A stretch of 64,000 nucleotides of DNA from Octopus vulgaris (lineage: Eukaryota), in NCBI GenBank assembly GCA_951406725.2, contig OX597827.1, forward strand, positions 33,294,001-33,358,000, read 5' to 3'. Positions 25,910-38,900 of this stretch are shown piece after piece. The number at the start of each line of letters is the position of its first letter. Position 1 is the stretch's first letter. The position numbers were made by a program, and so were the translations under genes. Under the pieces are notes generated by a model that saw only the letters and a program-made list of their open reading frames with translations, ran no database searches and was not told where the DNA came from.

Positions 25910-28527
25910 ATCATCATCATCATCATCATCATCGTTTAACGTCCGCTTTCCGCGCTAGCACGAGTTGGACGGTTTGACCGGGTCTGGGAAGCCAGGGGCC
26001 GCTCCAGGCTCCAGTCTGAATCTGGCAGAGTTTCTACGGCTGGATGCCCTTCCTAACGCCAACCACTCCGTGAGTGGATTGGGTGCTTTTTACGTGCCAC
26101 CTGCACAGGGGCCGGAGGGTCCGGCATCGTCACGATCGGATTCGAGCATTTTAACGTGTCAGCGGCACGGGGGCAACGAGGTCCGGGGTACTTTGGGGAT
26201 CGGGGTATTTTGGGGATCCAGGGTACTTTGGGGATCCGCGGTACTTTGGGGATCCGGGGTACTTAGAATGGGTAGGGGGGTACTTAGAATGGGTAGGGGG
26301 GTACTTAGAATGGGTAGGGGGTATGTGGAATTGCTGCAGAAAGCAGCCCGGGTCTTTGTAGTCACAGCATATCTCCAGAGATCTCGGTCCTTCGCCATTG
26401 CCTCAGTGAGGCCCAATGCTCTGAGGTCATGCTTGACCACCTCATCCCATGTCTTCCTGGGTCTACCTCTCCCCCTGATACCTTCAACTGTTTGGGAGTG
26501 GCACTTCTTCACACATCTCTCTTCATCCATCCGCAGCACATGACCATACCATCGCAAGCGTCGCTCTTGCACACCACATCTGATGCTTCTTATATCCAGC
26601 ATTTCTCTCAGGATACTTACACTCTGTTTTGCGTGCACACTGACACTACACATCCAGCGGATCATGCTAGCTTCATTTCTTTCAAGTCTACGCATGTCTT
26701 CTGCAGTCACAGCCCATGTTTCATTACCGTGAAGCATGGCAGTTCGCACACATGCATCATATAATCTACCTTTTGCTCTGAGGGAGAGGCCTTTTGTTGC
26801 CAGTAGGGTAGGAGCTTTCTGAACTTTGCCCAGGCTATTCGTATTCTAGTGGTGATACTCTCTGTGCATCCACCTCCGCTACTAACTTGGTCTCCCAGGT
26901 AGCGGAAACTATCAACTACTTCTAGTTTCTCTCCCTGGAGTGTGATGGAATCTGTTTTCTGAGTGTCTGTTGTGTCTATTGTCCCTGTGCATCTGCCGCA
27001 CATGTAAGCTATCTTATCTGTTAATTTCCCTTTAATGTTGCTGCACCTCTTATGTGTCCATAACTTACATTGGGTGCATCTTATGGAGTTTCTACCTGTA
27101 CCTTTCCTACAGGTTGAGCAGGGCCACCTACCCGAGGGGATGTGTGTTGAGTACCTCTTGCTGCTTACTAATACTTTGGTCTTTGCTACATTTATTCTAA
27201 GGCCCTTTGATTCCAACCCTTGCTTCCATACCCGAAATTTCTCTTCTAGTTCCGGTAGTGATTCTGCTATGAGAGCTAGGTCATCGGCATAGAGGAGCTC
27301 CCAGGGGCATCCCGTTTTGAATTCCTCTGTTATTGCTTGAAGGACTATGATGAACAAAAGGGGACTGAGGGCTGAGCCCTGGTGCACACCTACTTCTACT
27401 CGGAATTCTTCACTATATTCGTTGCCAATCCTAACCTTGCTAACAGCCTCTCTGTATAGAGCCTGTACAGCCCTTATTAGCCATTCTTCAATCTCCAGTT
27501 TCCGCATCGACCACCAGATAAGGGAACGGGGAACCCTGTCAAAGGCTTTCTCCAAGTCTACAAAAGCTATGTAGAGGGGTTTATCTTTAGCTAGGTACTT
27601 CTCCTGCAGTTGTCGGACCAGGAATATAGCATCAGTGGTGCTTCTACCTGGTACAAAACCGAACTGCATTTCATCTAAACAAATTCTCTCCCTAATGAGA
27701 TTGGTTATGACCTTCTCTGAGACCTTCATCACCTGGTCCAACAGTTTGATACCTCTGTAGTTATTTCTATCTAGAGCATCACCCTTACCCTTGTAGCAGT
27801 TGACTATGGTACTGCTGCACCAGTCATTGGGTAATGGCTCCATTGTGAACTACCTGGTTTACAATGCGGGTGACTATGGCATGGCCCACATAGCCAGCTG
27901 TTTTAAGCATCTCAGCAGTGATTCGTGATAGGCCAGGGGCTTTGCCTGGTTTCATATCCTTAATTGCCTTATCTACAAGGGAGCTGTCTATTCGGGTAGC
28001 TGGTCCCTCTACTGGGTCAACATTTGGCAGGCTCTCCTCCTCCCATTCATTCTCCTCATTTAGCAGTCTTTCATAATGGCTTCTCCAAGCCTCTTTCTTT
28101 TCACTAGTAGTAAAAGCAAGTGCCCCATCATCCATGCGGACACATTTCTCTCCTATAACATCGCTATTTTCTCTGACACACTGTCTGGCAATCCGAAATA
28201 CTTCAGCTCTTTGATCCTCGCGACGCTGGACATTGGCAAACTTCTTCTTTTCTGCTACATCTTTGGCAATGTATACCTGCCGCCCAGCCTCCCTTTTGGC
28301 TATCTGGTACAGTTCCCTGCTGCCCCCATCCTTCCAGGCTTTCCAGGCCCGTCTCTTTTCACAGATGGCTTTATCTACTGCACTATTCCACCACCACGTA
28401 ATTCTAGGTCTGGAAGGGACTTTGCACCATCCACAAACTTGGTCTGTGGCACTCAACAAGCTGTCCCGTATGAATTCCCAGCTACCTTCTATGTCTGACG
28501 TCTGAAGCTCCTCTTCCCTCTCATCAA
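25910..28527 (-). mobile_element. Young RTE-clade LINE with internal PHD-like finger, 5' part lost in assembly gap
   Basis: NYRGIKLL, FVDLEKAFDRV, GVHQGSALSP, YADD, C4HC3 cluster, RLRWYGHV; frameshifts near 27835 and 26810; (GAT)n tail. Confidence 0.92.
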
Positions 28528-28627
28528 NNNNNNNNNNNNNNNNNNNNNNNNNNNNNNNNNNNNNNNNNNNNNNNNNNNNNNNNNNNNNNNNNNNNNNNNN
28601 NNNNNNNNNNNNNNNNNNNNNNNNNNN
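28528..28627. other. Assembly gap (100 N)
   Basis: Run of N. Confidence 1.
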
Positions 28628-28691
28628 AGAAGTGTTGAGATGTCCTAGAAAGTTAAAGAAGTGATTTTAAATTCTGAAACGCAGGATAATG

Positions 28692-28910
28692 CTAATAATA
28701 TAGCCTGAACATAAGCTACCCCTATTTGGCAGAAAAATGTGTTGGCAGCCAGCTATGAGACTCGAACTCATACCTCCATGATTACGCGTCATGGTACTCT
28801 GAACCATTAAGCTAAACCGCCCACACCTCACGGAGTTCGAGTCTCATAGCTGGCCGCCAACACTTTCTACAAAATAGGGGTAACTTATCTTGTTCAGGTT
28901 ATATTATTAG
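28692..28910. mobile_element. Second palindromic tRNA-derived element (Thr-CGT-like cloverleaf on minus strand 28748-28821)
   Basis: Arms 28692-28769 and 28833-28910 are inverted; minus strand has anticodon arm CATGA-CGCGTAA-TCATG and T arm ATGAG-TTCGAGT-CTCAT. Confidence 0.65.
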
Positions 28911-28916
28911 TGTGTG

Positions 28917-28955
<39 letters not shown>

Positions 28956-29560
28956 TGTGTGTGTATGTTTGTGTGTTTGTGTTTGTCCCCCCACCCAAAC
29001 AACCAATATTGGTGTATTTACCTCCCCATAACTTAGCAGTTAGGCAAGAGACCAATAGAATAAGTACTAGGGTCAATTTGTTTGACTAAAGGCGGTGCTC
29101 CAGCATGACCGCAGTCAAATGACTGAAGTTAAAAAATATAATACTAAAAGATATATGACAGGCTATATGCATGTGTGTGTGTGTATACATGTGCATGTAT
29201 ATGTACTCCACCGCTTGGTAATGTGATGGTTTGTTTATGTCCTCATGACTCTGGTTTGGTAAAAGAAACCAACAGAATATAAACCAGACTTAAAACAGTG
29301 CTGGAATCGATTTCTTTGACTAACACTATAATGCAGTGCTCCCGTATGGTAGTAGTCCAGTGTAGGTGTACTTACATCCTGTAACTTAGCGGTTCAGAAA
29401 AAGAGAGACTGATAGAATAAGTACCAGGATTTTAAAAAAAAGGCGGGGTGTCAAGTCATTTGACCAAAATTCTTCAAAGCAGTGCCCAAGCATGGTCACA
29501 GTTGAATGACTGAAACAAATAATAGATATATAACCACACACATACATCTACATACATACA

Positions 29561-29993
29561 CATTATTTACATTTGACGGATATTTGTCCTCACAACATTT
29601 CGGCTGATATACCCTCCAGCCTTCATCAGGTGTCTTGGGGAAATTTTGAACTTGGGTTCTCATTCCTACGGTATTTTTCAATGTTATTATCATTATTATT
29701 CAGGTCACTGCCTGGAATTGAACTCAGAATCTTGGAGTTAGTAGGCCACACTCTTAACCCCAAGATTCCAAGTTTGATTCCAGGCAGTGACCTGAATAAT
29801 AATAATAAGAAGAAGAAGAAGAATAACAACAACAACATTGAAAAATACCTTAGGAATGAGAACCCAGGCTCAAAATTTCCCCAAGACACCTGATGAAGGC
29901 TGGAGGGTGTTAACTGTGTTAACAACAAACAAGATGAGGACAAATATCCATCAAATGTAAATAAGTTTTCATCTCTTAAATATAGAACTGTAT
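29561..29993. mobile_element. Palindromic tRNA-head / hammerhead-like element, copy 2 (central and arm deletions)
   Basis: Colinear with 1004-1488; same tail TCATCTCTTAAATATAGAACTG; flanked by TACATACATACACATT (29549-29564, 29994-30009). Confidence 0.8.
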
Positions 29994-31544
29994 TACATAC
30001 ATACACATTGTATGGAAGGTCATAAAGAAATAACGTGAAGTGTTAATTTATCAATGCAGCCACTCTTCTCAACTTTGGCACGAATGCAGAACTATATAAC
30101 CACCAAGATTTACACATCAAATCATAGAACAATCTATCTTGTGTTAGGTGCAGAAATTAAATCACAGGAAATATGATTTTTGCATGTTTGAACTGAAAAT
30201 TTCATATAAATGTAATCAGACGTAATTATGAAAATACAGACAAGCCTTCAGGGAGACTGCACTGGTTGACTTTGATGTATCAAGCTTACAAAACAACACA
30301 GAGAGATCTTAGGAAGCTGCTTGTTAGGCTTGTTATGAAGTAAAGAGAATGCAGTTTTTCTGTTAATCGTGTGTGTGTATGCTAGCATGGGTTGGACAGT
30401 TCGACCGGGGTCTGGGAAGCCAGGAGGCTGCACCAGGCTCCAGTCTGATCTAGCAGAGTTTCTACAGCTGGATGCCCTTCCTAACGCCAACCACTCTGTG
30501 AGTGTAGTGGGTGCTTTTTACGTGCCACTGGCACAGGGGCCAGAGCACAGCCATGATCGGTTGGTGCTTTTACGTGTCACCGAGATGGACGCCAGTCAGG
30601 TGGCGCTGGCATCTGCCACGTTCGGACGGTGCTTTTTACGTGTCACCAGCATGGGTATCTTAACTACAATTTCCATTTGATTTTTATTTTGATGTTGGTG
30701 TTGACGTACTTGACTCAATAGGTCTTCTCAAGAACAGCGGGTCACTCTACGATCCAAGGTTAGCACAGCAGGCCATCGGGCCTTCAGTCACAGCATATCT
30801 CAGTCTTTGTCATTTCCTCTGTGAGGCCCTACATGCCATATATATATATATGTATATATATATATAATCATAGAAACAGGTATGGCTGTGTGGTTAAAAA
30901 GCTGCCATCTCAACAATCTGGTCTGGGGTTCAGTTCCACTGTCCAGCTCCTTGGGCATGTGTCCCGTATGTTGTAATATAGCTCTGGGTTGATCGAAGCC
31001 TTATGAGTGGATTTGGTAGAGGCTGAGACTGAAAGAAGGCAGCTGTGTGTGAGTGTGTGTGCTTGTGTATAGATGTATGAATACGTGTGTGTATATATAT
31101 GTAAATATATACGTATGTGCACATGTATACACATACTTGTACATATATAAGTATTACATCTGACAGAGTAATATGAATGCTAAATGGTTAAAAACCATCG
31201 TGTGATGACAAAAAAAAGGGGACATATATCTATCTATCTATATATATATATATATATATATAAACACATATATACACATAAATACATATATACACATATA
31301 TAAACACATATATACACATAAATACATATATACATGTAAATACATATATACATACATATATACATATAAACACATATACATATAAACACATATATACATA
31401 TAAACACGTATATACATATAAACATATATATACATATAAACATATATATACATATAAATATATATATACATATAAATATATATATACACAGATATAAATA
31501 TATATATACATATAAATATATATATACAGATATAAATATATATT

Positions 31545-31770
31545 CCTTTTTACTCTCTTTTACTTGTTTCAGTCATTTGACTGCGGCCATGCTGGAGCAC
31601 CGCCTTTAGTTGAGCAGATCGACCCCGGGACTTATTCTTTGTAAGCCTAGTACTTATTCTATCGGTCTCTTTTTGCCGAACCGCTAAGTGACGGGGACGT
31701 AAACACACCAGCATTGGTTGTCAAGCAATGCTAGGGGGACAAACACAGGCACACAAACACATACATATAT
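31545..31770 (-). mobile_element. 3' half of the abundant tRNA/CORE-like SINE (CpG-intact copy)
   Basis: Matches 63630-64000 and 61268-61748; ends GGCGGTGCTCCAGCATGGCCGCAGTCAAATGACTGAAACAAGTAAAAG. Confidence 0.85.
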
Positions 31771-33247
31771 ATATATCTCTATATTATAAATCTGAAATGC
31801 GAAAAGTTTGTCTGGTTTTGGCATTGAGAACGGGTTAAAGGCCACTAGATCCCGTCGGATTGTCTCCAAAATTTACAGGGACATGTATATATCTGTATAT
31901 ATATATTTATATGTATATATAATCCCTATCTTAAAAGGTGTCGTTGCTAGGGCCAAAAACGCACTTTGACAAGTCTACTCTCATTCTTTTATGTATCTGG
32001 CTTCCTCCGTCACTCACTCTCTTTCCTCCCTTTCCATCACTTTCTATATATAACGTCGTTTAATAGCGTTCTATATCTCCCCCTCACCGCCTTCGACAGC
32101 ACTTTCACACTCTCTCTCTCTACGTCTGACTGCATTCATAGACAGAATTATCATCGCCACCACCACCACACAATCATGAGAACAAATATTATGAATCAGA
32201 TATTTATTGGGTTAATTTATATGTGTGTGCGTGTGTTCTATATATATAAATATGTATATTAAACTTTTTAATCTACCAAATCCACTCACAAGGCTTTAGT
32301 TGGCCCAAGACTATAGTAGAAGACACTTGCCCAAGGCACCACACAGCGGGACTGAACCCAGAACCAAGTGGTTGGGAAGCAAACTTTTTACTATACAGCC
32401 ATGTATGTAAAAACTCTTGTCTAACCGTTTTCTATATTACACCTGGTCCTTGATACAAACACTTCCAGTTTTAAAATGATCTAAATTAAAGCCTTCCCTT
32501 ACATTCTTAATTTATTTCAAATATTAGCTTAATAACGACAAAGTTCAAGGAATAAGGACGAAGTTGTGCATTGATAACCAGTTGGAAAGAGGTTTTCCTG
32601 GGGCTAAAAAAAAAGTTATAACACCATCCTAATCAGGACTGCCACTTTACGTTGGCAAATAGACTTTATTCTGTAGCACTGTTACTACCTCTTTCTAGTT
32701 CAGAGATTTAAAACTAATTATTTTACTATAGTGGCACGTAAAAAGCACCATTTGAGCATGATCATTGCCAGTGCTGCTTGACCGGCTCCTGTGCCAGTGG
32801 CATGTAAAATGTACCATTCAAGAATGGTTGATGCCAGTGCAGCCAGACTGGCCCTCGTGCTGGTGGCACATACAAAGCACCCACTACACTCTCGGGGTGA
32901 TTGGCATTAAGAAGGGCATCCAGCTGTAGAAACTTTGCCAGATCAGATTGGTGCCTGGTGCAGTCCCCTGGCTTGCCAGTCCTCAGTTAAACCGTCCAAC
33001 CCATGCCAATATGAAAAGCAGACATTAAACGACGATGATGATGTTCAAAATTAATCAAAACGAAGGCAGTGTATTTCAATAGGAATATGGCAATGAAAGG
33101 GTTAATATATCAATAGATAAACAAGCCAACAAGGGAGACCTTAAGCAAAACACCTTTGATCATGTCTGCCAGATCAACAATCCCTAGTACTGGTACTTAT
33201 TTCATCAATTTAGGAAGAGGAGGATGAGATTAATCAATCCTCTAAAC

Positions 33248-33558
33248 CAGTGCTGCACAAAGTGGTGGTCCGTGGACTGGCTCCGGTCTGTGAGCCATCA
33301 GCTGCCTGTACGTGGCAAGTTTCCAGAAAAGAAAGAAACAATAACATAATTTCAGTAATTTTTCCTTATGCACTGTAATATTACAGCTTATGTAATATTG
33401 TATCATTTGTTTACAAAATAAATATAAGATAAAAAGAAATTGTCAACTTTCATTATATATATTGTTTCTGATATAAATAAATATTACCGGTCCCTGACAC
33501 ATTGAGGGAAAAAATAAAAACTGCCAATATGCCACATCAGATAGTTTGAGAAGCACTG
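33248..33558. mobile_element. hAT (Charlie-like) MITE A
   Basis: TIR CAGTGCTGCACAAA / TTTGAGAAGCACTG; 8-bp TSD CTCTAAAC (33240-33247, 33559-33566). Confidence 0.85.
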
Positions 33559-33566
33559 CTCTAAAC

Positions 33567-33894
33567 CATTGATTCTCAACCGGATTCCATATGACACCTG
33601 AGGGTTCATGTAAGAAAATAGTAAATTGGGAATCCACAACAGTATTTTAACAGTCACTGGAAAAATTTTGCTTTAGATGTATGTATTGGTATATATTGCA
33701 AGAAACAGCATGGTTTCTTTCTCCAACGGTTTACATAGTTCAACTGAAACAAGTCAATTTGTGGAAAACAAAATAGTAATTTTGAAAGAAGTTTCTATAA
33801 AACTAGGTTTTAAACATCAGATAGCTACAAGGAGTCCACTAGAATAAAGTAAATATTAAAGGCGTCCACAGATGAAAAATGGTTAGAATCCCTG
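33567..33894. mobile_element. hAT (Charlie-like) MITE B
   Basis: TIR CATTGATTCTCAACC / GGTTAGAATCCCTG; TSD CTCTAAAC (33559-33566, 33895-33902). Confidence 0.8.
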
Positions 33895-35429
33895 CTCTAA
33901 ACCATTTTGGAAGGGAAAGTTGACCAAATGAAAGCTGAACTTTACATAAAAATTTGTAACTATCTCAAGATATTTTGTCTGATGCCCCACTGATTTTGTT
34001 AATCAACTGACCTAACAATAAGAACAATAGAAATAATTTTTTAATTAGCCACAAAGCAAAGTGCAAAACACAGTCAGCCATTTTGCTTACAGACAACATA
34101 GGACAATACTTGCAGTGAAATACATGGAGAAATTATGATTTGCCTCAAATACAGTAGCAAATACCAACTTCATCATCATCTATTCACTAAAAGAAATTTG
34201 TCATATCATACTTGACAGGACTATCAAAGACTATAGCAAAATAAATAAAAATATAAATTTTAAAAATGCAGTTTTAGAACTAGAGACCTGCAAATGTAAG
34301 CCACAGCACACAAAGCATGAGAAAGGAAAAAAAAAAAATCAATAAAAAAAAATAAATGCATATGTGCAGGTCTAGTTCAAAAATTGCTTATATACATATA
34401 TAAAGAGAGATAACAGTGAATGTGTGGGAGTGAGAGAGTGTGTGAGAGAGAGAGAGAGGAAACCAGGATAAGAAAGTGTATTTAATCTTGGCAAACAGTT
34501 CTGAGGTATGACCTCTTTACAGCAAACCTAAATATACTCAGTTAATGCAGAATTTCTAAATATACTTGGTTATGCAGAATTAATTTAATTACTGCACAGT
34601 AGTATATTCATTAATAATTGAATGTATGCGTTTACATTCGTCCTCGTGCCCCCAAAGACAGAGAGAAGGAGGGAGGGAGGAGGAGTAGGGAGAGAGAGAA
34701 TGATGAAGGAAAAGAAAGCTACAGAGACGAAAAGAGAGCCATAGAGAAAATACTGGAAGAGTTTCATTGGATGCAAAGCCACAGAAGTTATATTTCTTGT
34801 AAGACAACTAACTGCAGCAGAAATACTAACTTAAGATTATACAAGGACTCTTAAGAAACAAACTGGGAAAACAAATATAGCAAGGAAAAAAAAAAAAGAC
34901 ATTGACACTAAATATTGCTTTGAGTCTTTCAGAAAGTACAGGGAGACAACTTTGGATATGTTCTAGTCTTATTGGACCTCTACAGCAAACCACAAATGTT
35001 ACTGTACTTACAGAAATAGTGATGAGAAGACTACTTAGGGCAAAGGTGGCAAATTCATTTGGCTTTCAGAGCTGGAATTGAAGCATAAATTAGGTTACAT
35101 GGTTTGCAATGAAGCATAAATTAGGTCTTGCTGGCTAGAATGGAACATAAATTAAATCTTGCAAGCCAGAGGAACATTTCCTCCTAATATTCCCTACTTT
35201 TGATGTTGGCCAAATTAAATGGACAAAGGGATCACTAAACATTATAACAACTAATATTAACAGGAAGGGAAGAATATGATGAGTTGGCAGAGTCTGTGTG
35301 CAGAGATGCAGGGAAATAACTCATCCACATAGCGTTTGTGTGTGTGTGTGTGTGTGTATTTATGTATACACATACAATTCCCAAAGAGACCGTCTTACAG
35401 TGAATTGGTAGAAAGCAAGTGCATACATA

Positions 35430-35740
35430 GTGGACTGAAAAAGTGCTTCAAGATCAACACCGACATCTGGGAAACGCAAGCACAAGACCACCCTGTCTGG
35501 TGAATCTGCACCAACAGAAGTGCTACCTCCTACAAACAGAAGGGAATTGCTGGGGTAGAAGAACATGCAAACTGTGCCAGTCCAGAGCTAAAGCCACACC
35601 TCCACTCCCAGCAGACCACCAGTGCCCAAACTGCAGCAGAGCCTTTCTGAGCAAGCACTGGACTGATTGGCCATAGCCAGACACCCTGTGCCCTGTCTTC
35701 TCCCATTTGATGTCCTTGGTCATTGTCAGCAACAACATAT
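35430..35740 (+). mobile_element. Old RTE/BovB-like 3' remnant
   Basis: LKKCFKINTDIWETQAQD..W and HQCPNCSRAF..GLIGH across frameshifts. Confidence 0.65.
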
Positions 35741-35992
35741 GAACTAATAATACACACACACACACACTTCTATTAAACAAGGATTCTCAGAATGAGAAGC
35801 GAGGCAGGAACTGTTCTAATGAATGCATACAGTTCTTGAGAAAACCAACGCAAGATTAAAAGCTTGCAGCATTTCAGCTGCGAAACCTTTCAATATTGTT
35901 CATGTCAATGGAATACATTCAGATGGACATTCAATTGGGGAAGGCTCAGTGATTACAGACAAAGTGGAAAAAGGTCAAATCTTTTAGCATAT

Positions 35993-38900
35993 AGTTAAGT
36001 TAAGTTAGTGATGTTAATTTTTTGGCTCAAAAAGCGAAAAGCAAGGCCATGTAGGGGGACATGGAGTTATGTACAGAGCGGGTGTTCATGCAAAGAGCTC
36101 AGGCCATTTCTGGTCAAGAGAGACTTTGAACTGAGCAGTCGTCGGCATCTTCACTATCTCATCCGGCAGCTTATTCCACGGACCGCAACCCGGACGGAGA
36201 AAGACCCTCTCCTTCGATTGAGATGAAATCGTTGCAGATAGAGCTTTTCGGAGTGACCCCGCAGCCTATGCTCTGGAGCAGGAGTGAAGAACAGCTCTTT
36301 CGAGAGGTTACACTTTCCGCTTATGATATTGTGAGCGAGAATGAGATCACCACGGCTTCGTCGTTTTTCTAGAGAATAAAGGTCGAGTGTCTTCAGCCTT
36401 TCTTCATAAGACAAATGCTTGAGGCCAAGAACCATGCGGGTTGCCAGCTTCTGGACTCTTTCGAGATGATGTATGTCTTTGAGGAGATAAGGAGAAGAGG
36501 CTTGAATCCCGTACCCCAATATGGGTCTTACCAGCGTGACATAGAGCGGTAGGAATATGGCTGCTGTGAGCATTCCGAATGACCGTCGAATCAAAAACAA
36601 AACTCCGCGTGCTTTGTTGGCAGCATGGACGCACTGGGCCGAAGGCGAAAAGGAAGAATCCACCAAGATACCCAGGTCCTTTACCTGGTCGGTTCTCTCC
36701 AGCAGCAGACGACCCGGCTCAAAATCAAGTTGAGTTGCAGGAGAGGAGCCAACAGGCAGATGACAGCACTTTGACACATTCAGACACATGTCCCATTCGT
36801 TAGACCATCTCCAAACTTGGTGGAGGCATCGACGAAGATCATCTATATCACTGCGAGGAGCAACCAGTTTGACATCATCGGCAAATAGAAGGGTGTGTTG
36901 CGTGAGGTCGTCGGGCAAGTCATTTATGAAGACTAAAAACATTAAGGGCCTAAGCACTGAACCTTGAGGCACGCCACTGCTCGCACTGGAGACGTCGGAC
37001 AGCGAACCATTAACTTGGACTTGGAAGGAGCGATCTGAGAGGAAGGCACCAACCCATCGTACAATAATCCGGATGGAAACTATATGCTTGAAGCTTGACA
37101 AGTAATAGGCGGTGGTTAACCGAGTCAAAAGCTTTGGCAAAGTCCAATAAAACGATCTCAACAGCATCACCATCATCCAGGATACGCGTCACCAATTCTT
37201 CCATTACCAGTAAGTTGGTCAAGCATGATCTCTTCGGCACGAAGCCGTGATGGGAATCAGAGATAGAGGCTGTGTTTTGGAGGTGGAGCAACATACTTTT
37301 CTTAAGGATGGTTTCGAACATCTTGCTGATTATTGAAGTAAGGGAAACCGGCCGGTAGTTAAGCAGGTCTTCGCGGCTCCCTTTCTTGAAAATCAGGCAG
37401 ATTATCACTGTTCTCCAGTCCGCAGGTATAACACCCGTCGCAAATGACATATTGAATAGAAGTGTTAAAGGTTCACAGATGACCAGAGCCAACGCTTTGA
37501 TAACCTGTGGGTGTATGCCGTCAGGGCCGTGACCCTTGTTGACATTGAAGCCTTGAATAACGCGTTCGACTTTGTCCCGAGTGATGACCAATCTAGGCAT
37601 TGGAGGTACCGATTTATCAAATGGAAGGGGTTCACGACCATCATCTTGCTTGAAAATTGTTGAAAAAGCCTCGGCAAATAACTGACTCTGCTGATAAGGG
37701 TCCTCAATCGATACGCCTGTTGAGTTTACCAACGTTGCAATTTGGTTGTTCAAGTGGGAATTCCGTTGGACATGGGCAAAGAAGGTTTTGGGATTGCGAC
37801 TGGCATTTGCCGCGATTCTGTATTCATATCTGAAGCGTACTTCCTTTTCAATTTTCACGGCTCGGTCTCGTTGAGTTTTGTACACCTCAAAAGCTGCAGT
37901 CGAATCTAGATTTTTGAATTCAGCCCAAGCAATATCTCTGAGTCGAAGTTCTTGTTTAACCTTCTTCGTCACCCAGGGCTTGTGTTTCTTCTTCTTGGGA
38001 AGCCCAACGGGAACTGCTTGGTCAGTCAACCAGATTACATATGCTTTGAGGGACGACCATAGTTCGTCAACTGAGGACATCATCATCAGGGATCGCCAGT
38101 CCAGACTCGGTAAGAATTTCAAGATTGATTGCAGAGAAGACTCTACGTGACAGCGAAGTAGTTGTAGGTGTAGAAAAAGTTGTGTGCATGTCGAACTTCA
38201 GGACTGCGTGATCACTCTTGGCAAGAGGGGCGCACACAGATAAGCCTGACACTGATCTTGGATAGCGGGAGAATACCAGATCCAGCACAGATGACTGCTG
38301 CCCAGACCGATGCCTTGTCAGAGATTCAACATGTTGCAATAGAAAACAATCTTCAGCCACGTCAAGAAGGGGCTGGCCAAACCGGGAAGATGATGTACAA
38401 ATTGATGCAGGCCAGTCGATCGTGGGAGCGTTGAAGTCTCCTAATATCAAACATTCATGAGAAGCTGAAACGAATCTTATCACTTCGAGTAAATGAGCAT
38501 CGTCCTGGGGGTCACCAAGAGGTGGCCTGTAGACAGCTAACAGAGGCAGGCAAAACCCGGATAGGCTCAGCTTGCAATAGACGGCATCAAAGTTTGTTGT
38601 AGGTTGAGCATTAGCGGATAGAATACCACTGGACGGTTTGAGATCAGATTTAACATACACAGCAACACCTCCACCTCGCCTTTTTTCTGTCACATCTGAA
38701 GAGGGCGTAGCCCTGAAGGTGGTTTTCCAAGTCCTTTACTGCTGGAGTCAGCCAAGTCTCGGTGATAGCTATCACATCTGGGGAATCGCGCATAGCCAGT
38801 GTAAAAAATTCGCTGAACTTTGGAAATAAGGAGCACGAGTTGGTATAGATGATGCTGAGCTGTGAAGTTTGAGGGGCGGGAATTAGGGAACAAGCAGAAT

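Noticed and set aside
28640-28690. Hammerhead next to the second palindrome (TCCTAGAAAG..GAAACGCAGGA)
   Set aside because: Core does not match CUGANGA and orientation is opposite to that in the 1004 family.
28748-28821. Functional tRNA-Thr gene
   Set aside because: Acceptor stem mismatch, G instead of U before the anticodon, embedded in an inverted repeat; treated as tRNA-derived. SINE heads elsewhere were likewise not called tRNAs.
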